Shown in pieces: positions 36,625-49,049 of a DNA stretch of 64,000 bases. The notes under the pieces were generated by a model. That model was given only the letters and a program-made list of their open reading frames with translations. It searched no databases and was not told where the DNA came from. Source of the DNA: Octopus bimaculoides (lineage: Eukaryota); NCBI RefSeq assembly GCF_001194135.2, contig NC_068988.1, forward strand, positions 84,593,966-84,657,965, read 5' to 3'. A program made the position numbers and the translations under genes. The number at the start of each line of letters is the position of its first letter. Within the stretch, counting starts at the first letter, position 1.

Positions 36625-38760
36625 TTTTAGCACAAGGCCTACAAGTTTAGGAGAGGAGGTAAATTGATTACACTGATACCAGTACTCAACTGGTACTTAT
36701 TTTATCGACCCCCAAAAGGACAAAAGGCAAAGTTGACCTTGGCGGAATTTGAACTCAGAATGTAAAGATGGACGAAAGGCCACTAAGAATTTTGTCTAGC
36801 ATGTTAATGGTTCTGCCAGTTCACTGCCTTCCTTTGAAGAAAATAATAATGTTCTTTTTATCTGTACAGAGAGTCAAGCTGTGCCAACAAGAACATCACC
36901 ACCAAAATTGGTAACTCAGCTTAACTCTTTTGATACCATCTCGCCTGAGACTTATCTTGGCCTTGTGATGTAAACTCTCTGTTTTAAAGTGATTTAAATT
37001 TTAAAATCTATCAAAACATCATATTAATTTATGTTCTAAACATCACTTCAATAATGACAAAATTATTTTACAAATTTCTTATTATTTTGAAATGAATCAA
37101 AGGCCAGTGCATTTCAATAGAAATTTGGTAACAAAAAGGTTAACAAATCTGAAAAAAAAAAATGATATACAATAATGAACTGTTGACTTTCTTATAAAGG
37201 ATTGTTATAAACACATTTGCTTCCTAACCTTGACAGCTCAGTAAGTTGAAGCACAAAGAATTGAAATTTCTTCATAAATACAGAATTAAAATACTTGCAG
37301 GGGTATTGAATATCTATGACCTTGTAGTTCAATGTCATAGTCATTTCACTGATTTGCTTCTGTTATTCTCAGGGCCATCAATAGTTACTGATTATTAATC
37401 TGTTCTAGTCACTTTTAGACTGTTCTCCTGTAGTCATATCTCATTTTCTGAACTTATTGAATGAATACTTATTGTGAGTACTAAATCCACTTGCCGTAGT
37501 TGAGAGGTGGGGGTTAGTCACTACCTTTGACTTCAGCCCTTAGCTGGTACTTTATTTAATTGACCTTGAAAGGATAAAAGGTAAAGTTGACCTTGGTGGG
37601 ATTTGAACTCAGAATGTAGAGAGCTGGAACAAATATCACAAAGCATTTTATCTGATGCTCTAATAATTCTACTAGCTTGCTGCGCTTATAATGCTATTTT
37701 GGGAGGAGAGGGTCAGTTGATACCATCAACCCCTAAAGGATGAAAGACCAAAGTTGACCTCAGCAAGATTTGAACTCAGCTGAGGCAAATGTCACAGGGC
37801 ATTTTTTCCTAAATAATCACCATTGTTTCTAATTCAAGCACAGGTACAGTAATTTGGAGGAAAGGGAGTTAGCTGATAGCATTGAACCCACTACTATATT
37901 GGTATATCATTTTATTGACCTAAGAGGAATAGAAGGTAAAGTTGACTTCAGTAGGCTTTGAACACAGAACATAGAGAACTAGAAAAAAATACCCAAAGTA
38001 TGTCAAATAGACTTTGACACCTAAATGATTTTGTCAATCTAGGTTCTAAATGATGATAATACTGGCGATGAGAGGGTATTATAGACCAACCAGGAGAACG
38101 CTAGGCAAAATATATTCTGTACTTATTTCACTTTGCATTCTGTATTCAAATCTCACCAGTGCTAATCAAGTACTTGGTTGATGTAATTAATGGTATTCTC
38201 TCTCCAAATTGGTGGCTTTATACCTATTTTAAAAATCATTATTATTCAGAAATATTTGAATACCAGACTAAATGCCTTACAAAATTCTCCCTTCATTACA
38301 AGTTCAAATCCTTTTGGGTTCTGTTTATCTCTCCAGGTTGGATAAAATAAATATTTTGTAGGGTTAAGTGCAGTTCTTCCCAAAGTCTGTGTCTTGTTCC
38401 AAATTATTATTGTTGATATATACTATTTTGTTGGAGATAGGATTGTAAGAAATGGTAGAGGGGTGGGTAAAAGGCTCTGTGGTATTTAGTTGTTTGTCTT
38501 TACATTTTGATTTCAAATCATGTTTATGTCAAATTAGCCTTTCATTTCTTCCAGACAAGATAAAATAACTACATTACATGCAAGAGTCATTTGACTACAT
38601 CTCACCATCACAAAATATATGGTTTTAGTAATTAGTACCATTATAATTATTGGTTTCAAATTTTGGCACAATTTCAAGGGAGGGGTAAGTTGATTACATT
38701 GACCCCAGTGCTCAACTGATACTTATTTTATTGACCCGAAAGGACAAAAGGAAAAGTTGT
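36625..38760 (-). mobile_element. Cluster of about 5 family A SINEs on the minus strand (about 36625-36835, 37495-37690, 37700-37800, 37830-38045, 38645-38760)
   Basis: Repeated ggtacttattttatcgacccc...aaaggcaaagttgacct...ggaatttgaactcagaa. Confidence 0.8.
36925..37139. mobile_element. piggyBac-like MITE
   Basis: TTAA on both sides (36921-36924 and 37140-37143); imperfect TIRs ctcttttgatacca / tggtaacaaaaagg. Confidence 0.6.
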
Positions 38761-38873
38761 GATGATATTATTGTTTACTTTTTGTTCTATATCTCTACAG
38801 AACTTCTATTTTTCACTAAAATACTCTGTGATTTGTATCAGAAAGTTAAACATTGTTATTTATACTTCAACAG

Positions 38874-38947
38874 CAAACCGATGTCGGCCATATCTTTACA
38901 CAATGGCAGATGATTGCAATGACTATATTAATGCAGTTTTTCTACCT
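38874..38947 (+). CDS. RPTP D2 exon (A)NRCRPYLYTMADDCNDYINAVFLP
   Basis: caacag|...|gtaagt, 74 nt, DYINA motif. Confidence 0.96.
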
Positions 38948-39639
38948 GTAAGTTACAACCTAAGCTTTGTTCTATCATTTTTTGTGGGGTATGTCTTGTC
39001 TCAGGTCTACTCATTTTGAATTAAACCTGTAATGTATAAAAGATGAATAGCTTCAAGATTGTCTCATGATGATGTAAATATTCTGTATGAAGTAATGCAG
39101 TTAAAGATGTTTACACAAAATATATTGAACACTGATAAGTACTGCTTGTATCATAAAGGCCAAAAAGCTCACTAAAATTTGTATATTTGAAAGTGTTCTT
39201 GTTTAACTTTCAGGACAACCCTGATCCAGCAAACTTACTATTAAAGATGTTCCAGCCATTTTGTCTTTCTTTTAGACAAAATATATGTAGGATGTGTGTC
39301 TTTTTTTCTTTAAGGACAATAGATTGTGATTTGAGAGATATTTTGGCTATTGTTTCTAGCAAGTCGAGTGACCCCCCGCCTGCCTTCATTGGCTTACTAT
39401 ATTTGAAAGTGTGATAAATGTTGGTGGGATCCACAAAACCATTAGTGAGCATTCTTCTAGAATGAGAAGCATAGAGTGAAGTTGAAAGTCACACAATATA
39501 TAATAATAATGAAATTATTATGTATATTGCTCAGGTGCATTACAACTCATCAAAGGTGCATGTACAGTTCATAGAATTATGTACAAAAGCCAGGAAAGAA
39601 CAGTGTATGAGTCATGATATATATGTGTGCATGCATATA

Positions 39640-40870
39640 GAGGGGGTGATATCAGGTGTTGTGTTAGTGAATATCAAGAAGCATGGCGGTTTTAAAAGAC
39701 ACAATGTTTTGGCAACTAACAATTGATGCAGGTAGTTTGTTTCATGCTTCAGCAACTCTGAGTGTGAAAAAAATGTTTCTGAAAGTCATGGGAGCTGTGC
39801 TGTTTTCTGACTTTGCAGGCATGCCCAGGTGTGTTAGACAGATAGAGCTCAAAAAGGTGCTCATAAAAGTGCTCAAGGCATGATGGTTAATAATTTTGTG
39901 GGTGTTTACGAAGTCAGTTGCCAGATGGAGCTTCAATGTATCTCTGCCCAGGGAAGCAAGGCGTTCAGAGTATGGTAGATGCCTGATGGGGGGTTTTCGC
40001 TTGGTTGCACATCTCTGAACAGTTTCCAGGAGGCCAGTGTCCTGAGCAAGATAGGAGTTTCAGACTGGTCATACAAATTCCAAGTGTGGCCACATCATAG
40101 CCATATACAGCCTTAAATACATATCTGGAAAATGGCTGACAAAGGTCTTGCTGAATGATGCCAAGACACCCTCGGCCTTCTTGACAATTTTAGAAATGTG
40201 CGTTGTCCTGCACAAATCGCTGCTGACAGTAATGCCCATCTCATGCTGTCCTAGAACCATGACTACCTCTTTTTGGCTGAGAATAAAGGACTCTAGCCAG
40301 TTAAAAAGATCATCTTTCACACCCATTGGAGAGTCTTTTGTGTGGCACAGAATTAAAAGCTTTTGCAAAGTCAAGGTAAACAACATCCACCCATGAGCTC
40401 CCATCAGTGACCCAGGTAATGTCTTCAAGAAACTCAATAAGTTGATCACAGCAGCTGGAATTAAGGATAAACCCAAATTGCGAGGGGCCAGATAAGGCTG
40501 TGAGAATTCCAGAAGTTCCAGAGTGTTCCTCTGATGCAGGATTCCATCAGTTTGGCAATGCAGCTAGTAAGACTGACTGGATGATAGTTGACAGGCAACG
40601 TGCGGTCACCCTTTTTGAACAGAGGAATGGCACTGGCAGTTTTCCACTGCTCCGGAGTATCACAATTAATATATATAAGTATGCTTCAATGAAAATGAAT
40701 ATTCTTTAAAGAATATCTGAAACTGCACAGCCTCTGATCCCTCTCTCTTTTCCTACATGCCTTACCGACTGATGTCAACAATCAGGGATCTCCGTATTGA
40801 AAATTCATAAATTTTCTTGGAAAAGATATAGCAATAATTTCCATCTATTTTCTACCAGTTTATTTGCAGT
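39640..40870 (-). mobile_element. CR1/L2-type LINE remnant, internally deleted
   Basis: Minus strand: LFNWLESFILSQK, HISKIVKKAEGVLASFSKTF, LYMAMMWPHLEF, NIFFTLRVAEA. Confidence 0.85.
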
Positions 40871-41872
40871 TTACTCTGCTAGTCTCCTGCTTTTCCAAGC
40901 TTATGCTTGATGCACAGGGCTTATTTTAAACCCTTAGACTGGTGGACTGGTTCATGTAACATTAGAAAATGTCTATACATCAGTGCCTGTGTGACACATG
41001 TCTAGAGTCCAGTAACCCCCTAATCCAGTGCACCTTAATCATATGATTTTCTGCGTTGTTAATCTATAACTGCAAAATTTGTGAGGTACTACCACTGTAA
41101 GCCAGAGTGAACCTGCTGATTAAGGGTTAACTCCATATTCCTTAAAGCAGGAACCCATTCACCACCAGATGCAGTTTAATGTCTTGCCTGGGACAGTTTC
41201 CAGAGGCAATATTTTAGTATCAACATTTACTATAAATGTACTTAATCTTATAGACAGCCAAATGGAATTGGTCACAAATGTGTTTGTTGTATTGATAATC
41301 ATCTTTTGTCTTCTTTAATCTTTGATAAGTTTACTTCATGACAGTTAGGAATGTTGATTCAATGTATCTATGCATCACCAACAACAGCAATACACCACAA
41401 ATATCATTACCATAAGCAACTCCACTATCAAAACCACCATCACCAACAACATCATCATTCATTTTATGACCTGTTTTTTTTTCATTTGCTTTCATGGGTT
41501 GGATGGTTCTCAAGGCATCTCCTCTTATGTTGTATCACCTAGTAACTAACATATACCAGCTATTTACTCTGTTGTTTTTTAGCATGATTTTTACAACTAG
41601 GTACCCTTCCTATTATCAACCACTTAACAGTATGGACTAGGTGCATTTTATCATACCACAGAGGTTGTCTGTAGTGGGTCTAAAAATTTCCCTGTAGCCT
41701 GTATCTGCCCAGATAAGCTTGTGTATGATGTGGCATATAAGCTTTCTGTTTCTTCCAATTGATCTTTTTTATCATTAACAATATCTTCAACAGCAACATT
41801 GTAGCATTTTCATCAAAAGTACTACTGCTGCTAACACTATCACCTAAAAAAAAACAACAATATCATTGCTAT

Positions 41873-42176
41873 TGTAGTGACGTCATTGTCGGTATATTCA
41901 TACAGCATGGTTATTCGGCTGTTGGTTGTTCGATCACTTGTCCGCTGTTCCCGTCACGAGTTAATTGCGACTCGAAGAGAGTGATACAAAACACGTCCTT
42001 CGCCCACGAAGTTGTCGTCGCAAGAGAAAGATAAAACGCGGGAAAATGTTGAGAGAGTCGAACTACGCATGCGCATGGGACTCTTCCTGTGTTCCTTCCG
42101 GAACTAGTCCCTGCGCATGCGTGGATGAAAACGCAGTAATGGCGACTGTATTTTGGCGCCAAATGACGTCACTACA
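41873..42176 (-). mobile_element. 304-bp CpG-rich solo-LTR-like or TIR element
   Basis: 15-bp perfect terminal inverted repeat tgtagtgacgtcatt / aatgacgtcactaca and 4-bp TSD CTAT (41869-41872 and 42177-42180). Shares a 62-bp core with 24131-24560. Confidence 0.85.
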
Positions 42177-43139
42177 CTATTAATATCAACATCAGCTACA
42201 ATATCACAAACACTACTGCTATAGTCAGCACCATCACTAGCATAAACACCTCTGCTGCCACTACTGTCAACAACACAACCATGAACTGATAAAGAAGTGT
42301 CCACACGATCTCTTGACTTGCAAAAAATAAGTCAAATCCCTCTCAAGTCACATCCTACTATCTTAAGAAGAATACATTTGATAATGCAATTCCTGATATA
42401 CAAAACAGATGGAATGGTCACAGCTGGAATGCCTTTGATCTTAAGTCTACTTGATTAAGGCTGATCTGTTCCTAAACAAATCCAACCACAATGCATTTAC
42501 TAACACTTTTGTTTTATTGTCGACAATCAAATCTTTTTGTCTGACTAAAATGTTCAACATGAGTATATGAAACACAAATGTAATATTTGTATTTGTATTT
42601 TCAGCTTCACCTTATGTATAGCATAATTATCTGGTCTAAAGCTAGTAAGAATAATTTTGATAAAGGGGTTCAAGTTAGTAGAGCAATGATTTCCTCTTAA
42701 TTAATAGGATCGACTGTCACTCTGGCAATCAATGATAGAACATGTATCAGTACACGCATATCTTGTGCCTTCCTCTAAAGTATACCATAAAACACCAGGA
42801 CCAGAAAAGAAAGAAATATTTGTAATGATTTCTTAGTAACCATCCAAACAAAATATTGATGTTATAATTAATTGTTAATTTAATATTTTCTACTATTTAG
42901 ATGTATTCTGAATTCAACTTATTTCACCAACCTATTGTCGTCAATACTTATGTCATTTCTTATTTAATTATATTTCAGAGTAGTCCCTTGTCCTTTTTAA
43001 ACCATAATTAGTCATTTACATAATGATTTGTTTTTCAACACTAACAGCATAGTTTTAATAGATTAAAACATCATATAAGTTGGTATTTTGCTATCAATGT
43101 TTATTAATTCTCTCTCTCTTTCGGTTTCTCCACATACAG

Positions 43140-43274
43140 GGTTACACCAGACAGATCGCATACATTGTAACACAAATGCCTTTACCAAAGACTTTAGCTG
43201 ATTTCTGGCGCTTGCTTTATGATCATCAATCTGACACTGTAGTCATGCTGAATGACTATGACCGCAATGATAAG
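43140..43274 (+). CDS. RPTP D2 exon [45 protein letters not shown]
   Basis: atacag|...|gtaaat, 135 nt. Confidence 0.97.
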
Positions 43275-43521
43275 GTAAATTCGGATCTTTTTTAAAACGG
43301 GGGCCACATTTTTCATTAACGAAACACTTTGAAACTTGGAACACTGGTAGAATGTGTCATATAAAACATCTTTTTCTCTTAGTCTTCTTAAAAAAAAAAG
43401 AAATCCATAAATTATTCCATGTTAAAGTTGTCGTATTTCTGTAATTTCAACCAATCACTGACGTCCATTCAGCCGATATACATTAAGCGCCGACTACATA
43501 AACAAACGATTCTGAAACAAT

Positions 43522-43601
43522 TAACCCTAACCCTAACTCTAACCCTAACCCTAACCCTAACTCTAACCCTAGGGTTAGGGTGAGGGTTAGGGTTAGGGTT
43601 A
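43522..43601. repeat. Inverted telomere-type repeats (CCCTAA)n-(TTAGGG)n
   Basis: About 8 C-strand units then about 5 G-strand units around the palindromic centre ccct|aggg (43570/43571). Confidence 0.95.
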
Positions 43602-44066
43602 AAGCAAATTTAAAATGAAAAAAGCAAATAANNNNNNNNNNNNNNNNNNNNNNNNNNNNNNNNNNNNNNNNNNNNNNNNNNNNNNNNNNNNNNNNNNNNN
43701 NNNNNNNNNNNNNNNNNNNNNNNNNNNNNNNNNNNNNNNNNNNNNNNNNNNNNNNNNNNNNNNNNNNNNNNNNNNNNNNNNNNNNNNNNNNNNNNNNNNN
43801 NNNNNNNNNNNNNNNNNNNNNNNNNNNNNNNNNNNNNNNNNNNNNNNNNNNNNNNNNNNNNNNNNNNNNNNNNNNNNNNNNNNNNNNNNNNNNNNNNNNN
43901 NNNNNNNNNNNNNNNNNNNNNNNNNNNNNNNNNNNNNNNNNNNNNNNNNNNNNNNNNNNNNNNNNNNNNNNNNNNNNNNNNNNNNNNNNNNNNNNNNNNN
44001 NNNNNNNNNNNNNNNNNNNNNNNNNNNNNNNNNNNNNNNNNNNNNNNNNNNNNNNNNNNNNNNNNN

Positions 44067-44131
44067 GCCTCGGGCCGACCAAAGCCTTGTGAGTGGATTT
44101 GGTAGACGGAAACTGAAAGAAGTCCGTCGTA

Positions 44132-44172
<41 letters not shown>

Positions 44173-44395
44173 GTGTGTGTATGTTTGTATGTGTGTGTTT
44201 GTCCCCCCAACATCGCTTGACAACCGATGCTGGTGTGTTTATGTCCCCGTAACTTAGCGGTTCGGCAAAAGAGATCGATAGAATAAGTACTAGGCTTCTA
44301 AAGAATAAGTCCTGGGGTCGATTTGCTCGACTAAAAGGCGGTGCTCCAGCATGGCCACAGTCAAAAGACTGAAGCAAGTAAAAGAGTAAAAGAGT
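44067..44395 (+). mobile_element. Well-preserved SINE family B copy (5' end lost in gap) with internal (TA/TG)n
   Basis: gcctcgggccgaccaaagccttgtgagtggatttggtagacgg...ggcggtgctccagcatggccacagtc...taaaagagtaaaagag; CpGs retained. Confidence 0.85.
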
Positions 44396-44544
44396 ATATC
44401 AACAATGTAGAATTATTACAATGCTGTGACATTCCCTGAAAATAGAAGAAATGAACAAATAATAAATACATTTATGATAATATCTTTGGCTAATGATTGT
44501 TAATAAATGGTTAATAGGTTTGGGAAAAAAATAACTAGAAATTC

Positions 44545-44760
44545 ATCATCACCTTCTTTAATGTCTGTTTTCCATGCTGGCATGAGTTGGATGGTTTCAC
44601 TGGAGCTGGTAAGGCTGCACCAGGTTCCATTGTCTGTTCTGGCATGGTTTCTATGGCTGGATGCCCTTCCTAATGCCAACCACTCAACAAAGTGGTACTG
44701 GGTGCTTTTAACATGACACCAGCACAAGTGCTTTTTATATGGAACTAGCACCAGAATGAG
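44545..44760 (-). mobile_element. RTE 3'-end element
   Basis: catcatcacc...tttccatgctggcatgagttgga...ggctggatgcccttcctaatgccaacc. Confidence 0.75.
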
Positions 44761-45987
44761 TTCTGCTGTGGTGGACAAGTCTGTATTTAAGAATATGAAT
44801 CTCTCTTTCTCTGTACAGTCCTGTAGTGAGTCAGATAAGCTAGTGCGATACTGCATAGTAGAACGATGTTACAGCAATCAGCCAATCAGAGCTAAGGCAC
44901 AATTATATCAAAAAACCAGTTCTCAACCTTAGAGAGAACTAAGCTTTTTTAGTGAGTTAGTGACCAACTGGTGAACTGTCAACACCTGCAGCTAAATTGA
45001 GAAATGCCAATGTTTGTTTCCACCAACTACTCTCTGCTACCAGGTAACTTATATTAACCCAAATGGTTTTAATACAAAAGTAAGTTATAAATCTTTCTGA
45101 GTCATACACACACCAGTTTCGCTCAACTATTAGTCATCTCTTGTCCACGTGTGATAGAATAAATCAAATATATTTTTGTAATGATGTCTTGTCATTTTTC
45201 ACTGATGTGAAATTTCACTGTAATTAAGCCTTCTGATACACAACCCTAATTAAGCCTTCTGATATGCCATTTCACATCCTTCCCAAAGTTTTCTCTCATA
45301 GGAAATCCCCAGGTAACCTACAGTTCCTTTCTTTTTATTCCCCTCTATCTCTTTTTCCACCCAGTCTCTACTCTCATTCTCTCTTTCTTCCACTATTGAA
45401 CGAAACCTGTCTTTTATCCTCTGTTAATAATTACACTTCTTGATTCATTCTCTCTCTCTTCCTATATTTTTTCAATCTCTTTACCTGATTCCTCTATTTT
45501 CACTTTTCCTGGCTACACAGAAGCTATGCGGAATCTCATCCAAAGACTGTATCATGTAATTCAAAGAACCAGCCTTGTCCCATACACAATGTCTTGCTGA
45601 TTTTGCTTGAGGATTATGTTAAAATACATGGATAAACTTAATCTGTCATAGTTGAACACCACCACCTGGTTCTTGGGTGCCTTTAATAGAATTTCTATTC
45701 TGAAGATAACTTTTCCTTACCTCCTCTCACTGCCACATAATTTAGAAACAAATATATGCAGCCATTTGCACTACAATACAAGGAGTACATTGCCATGCCA
45801 ATCAAACAACTAGAATACTCATTTTACTCTATTATACACCAGTTGCCTTCATCTTCTTTTGTTGGCTAATTCTCATTTCTCCCTTCTTTTCACTACCCAC
45901 CTTATTCGATGCTCTCTCTCTCTCTCTCTCTCTCTCCCTACACATTCACAATATCTGTTTTAATAATTTCTGTTTGTTTTTTGTTAG

Positions 45988-46122
45988 ACATGTGCTTTGT
46001 ATTGGCCAGAGGAATATGGCTACACAGTGGAACATGGTCCACTGAGCATACAGTTATTATCATCATCTGAAATAGACCCTATTGTAGCTGTAAGGGTTTT
46101 TCAGTTGCGTCATGTAAGCAAG
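45988..46122 (+). CDS. RPTP D2 exon TCALYWPEEYGYTVEHGPLSIQLLSSSEIDPIVAVRVFQLRHVSK
   Basis: tgttag|...|gtaaat, 135 nt, YWP motif. Confidence 0.96.
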
Positions 46123-47003
46123 GTAAATACTTTAGTGTTAATTTCTCTTTCTCTCTTTCATTTATGTATTTTTATGAATATGATTTATTTTCGACATCAA
46201 GATATGAAGTGATGACTACAATAGAATTCCAGACAGAACACTGTGCTCTCTTTAGTCCTGTTTTTTTCTGTTCAAATTCTACTGGGGGTTGACTTTACCA
46301 TTCATTTGTTGTCAGTCATGAAATTATGTACCAGTCAACTATATCTCTCCTATAAACTTAAGAAATTATATATTTTTAATGCCTAAAGCAGAGATGTATA
46401 TGAAATGGTAAGGGGCTGGAATGAAATATCAAAGAGCAGTTAATTTCATTCCTTTGTACTCTTCATTCAAAACTCACCACAGTTGACTTTGTTTAAGGGT
46501 TTGTAAAATAAGTACCAAGCAATGTAGTAACAGTAACCAATTTCTCATCCTCTTGAAATTTAAGACCTCAAACCAATGTAAGACATTGCTATCTATTTTC
46601 AACATTATCTCACCTATTCTGCTACCTTTTCTTGATCTCTGATGGTTGTATGTGGAACCACTGGTGATGATAATTGTTTAAACCGGGTGATGAATATTTG
46701 TAATAACTTCTTTATTTCAGCTTCACATCTTCTCCTTTCATAGAAGAGCATTAAGAAAACATGCTCTAGTTCTGTAAATCAGTCTGTTTATCTGACCCCC
46801 TGTAATTAGAAGTATTCATTAAAGAGTTATCAATCCTACTGACTTCAGGGAATCATGAATGTCAGGGGTCATACCTTTCTTGAGAGCATCACTGTGATAT
46901 TATTGATCTGGAAGTTAAATCTGAGCCATTGATTTGGTTTTCCAACTGGGATCTTACCACGTTTAACTGTGGCATGTTTAGTGTGTGTGTATGTATGTGT
47001 GTG

Positions 47004-47058
<55 letters not shown>

Positions 47059-47817
47059 TGTCAACAGATGAGATCCAGAGATGTTCAGTATAGAAAACTC
47101 TTAGTAGTGTGCAAATGATTTGAGCTTACACTCCAAAATCTTTACTGAGGACTAAGTCTATTAGAGGAATCCAGGTGAGCACATATGGAGATAATGATAT
47201 AAATAAACAAATAAAACTACTTGGGTTAGATATACAAAATATATATATACATGTAAATAGAGAGAAAACAAAGACTGAAAATTTTCAGACAATGAAAATT
47301 CAAGTATATATATATAAATGTTTATATATTAACAGAGCAAACTTACACAGAGTATAAAGACATAGAAAATGAAAGGGGAGAAGGTATGGTGTTAAAGGTC
47401 CAACAGCTGTTTCTGTAGGGTCAGAGCTATTTTATAATGTTGGCAGATATAATTCACAAAAATATGCAACCAGTAATGGGGGCATATAAACATTGGGTAG
47501 GTCTGGCCTCTGTCTTCAGGGTAGAAAGATCAAAGTGTGTGTATGTGTGAGTTTATATATATATAAATTGAATTCAGCACTGCAAGTTAAATATAACTCT
47601 TTGTTTTTCAGGTTAGACATCTCACTTGTCTGGGAGGCACCTGTAAAAGTTGCTAGGTCCCTCTTGTGACTAACTTATTAAAATCACCACATAATAATGA
47701 CAATATTTTCAGGTTAAACATTGTTAAATTGATATTCATTTACCTTATTCTCTTTCTAATGATGTAATGATATTTTTAAGGCATATGAAATGTTTTCCAA
47801 AACAATGATATTTTCAG

Positions 47818-47969
47818 GGTGAAGAACGAGCTATCAAACAGTTTCAATTTAATGCCTGGCCTGGAATGCAGAAACTTCCAAACACTGCTGCTTCAATAAT
47901 TAGGTTATACAATCAAGTTCAAGAATGGCTGTCACAAAATGGAAAGGGACCAATCACTGTACATTGCAT
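47818..47969 (+). CDS. RPTP D2 exon GEERAIKQFQFNAWPGMQKLP...GKGPITVHC(M)
   Basis: ttttcag|...|gtaagt, 152 nt. WPG replaces WPD; contains VHC. Confidence 0.97.
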
Positions 47970-48589
47970 GTAAGTTATACTTTATACCATACATCTCTTG
48001 TATATAGTATGTAGTATTTATTATATGTTTTACCTTCTGCTAATTAGCTGCATATGTAATTCCAAAATTAAAGTAATTACACTCAAATGTACTAATTACA
48101 GACTTACACATGTATTTTAAAAATATCTTTTGAAACAATACACTTGTTACATGCTTAGTTATTTGCTATTTATGAGTAAACATCTAACAAGTGTTATATT
48201 ATAATTTAGCGTTTAGAAAGATAAAAGTCTTTCATAAGGGTTTGCTGCTTTCCCACTGCCACAGGAATTTTATAGTATCTTGATATGTATTGTAGTAAGG
48301 AAGAATTACACCAGATGACCAACCTTACTCTCATTTTTGACTTCCTATTCTTCAGGCAAAAAATGACTGAAGATATATCAGAGTAGTCATCATACTCTAA
48401 GATATGTATTCCACAATAATATTGCTGGATATTGTCTTTCCTTTCTCCACATCAAAACATAATCATTGATTATTAGGTTTTCTCTGCACAGTCTACTGAA
48501 AATCTAGTCTTTATATACATAGAGTGACAAATCTTTAAAGAACTTAAGACCTAGCAGTTACCCTCAACTATTTGTAGCTGGCTTGCCAA

Positions 48590-48900
48590 TATCATTGCCT
48601 AGGATATGATGTTGACAAATGCAGACAGTTTGTGAAACCACAGGTGAGAAAGCCAGTGGTTAATGAGCTGTTCTGCAAAATGAATTGGATGGACCAATCA
48701 CTGGATGTTAAGGAGGTATTGTCTCATCTCAACCCATCATACACCCCATGATCTTTGAAGCACACCAACTCCTGGTAAAATGTTAACAGCAACGTATTGA
48801 TCAGCACAGTTTTGTTGACATGAAGGTTTTTGATATGGTCAGCAGGGGATGCCTTATGGAAGCCCATGGAGAAATGTACCAGTGGCTTGTACTAGATGAT
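48590..48900 (+). mobile_element. Heavily decayed RT fragment (RTE-like)
   Basis: KVFDMVSRGCL resembles the KAFDxVSR RT motif. Confidence 0.4.
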
Positions 48901-49049
48901 GGAGCGATATCTAATACTTCACAATAACAAAGAGCATCAAGCAGCAGCATCCTTGTCCTTACATAGTTATATTTGCATAGTGCTGACTAATGCTTTCATC
49001 AGCAGCACCCAAGGTAATCATATCAAATACTGTATTGATGGTAAGACCC

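Noticed and set aside
43522-43601. Ancient telomere-telomere chromosome fusion site
   Set aside because: The orientation is the reverse of a fusion product, and the site is inside an intact gene's intron.
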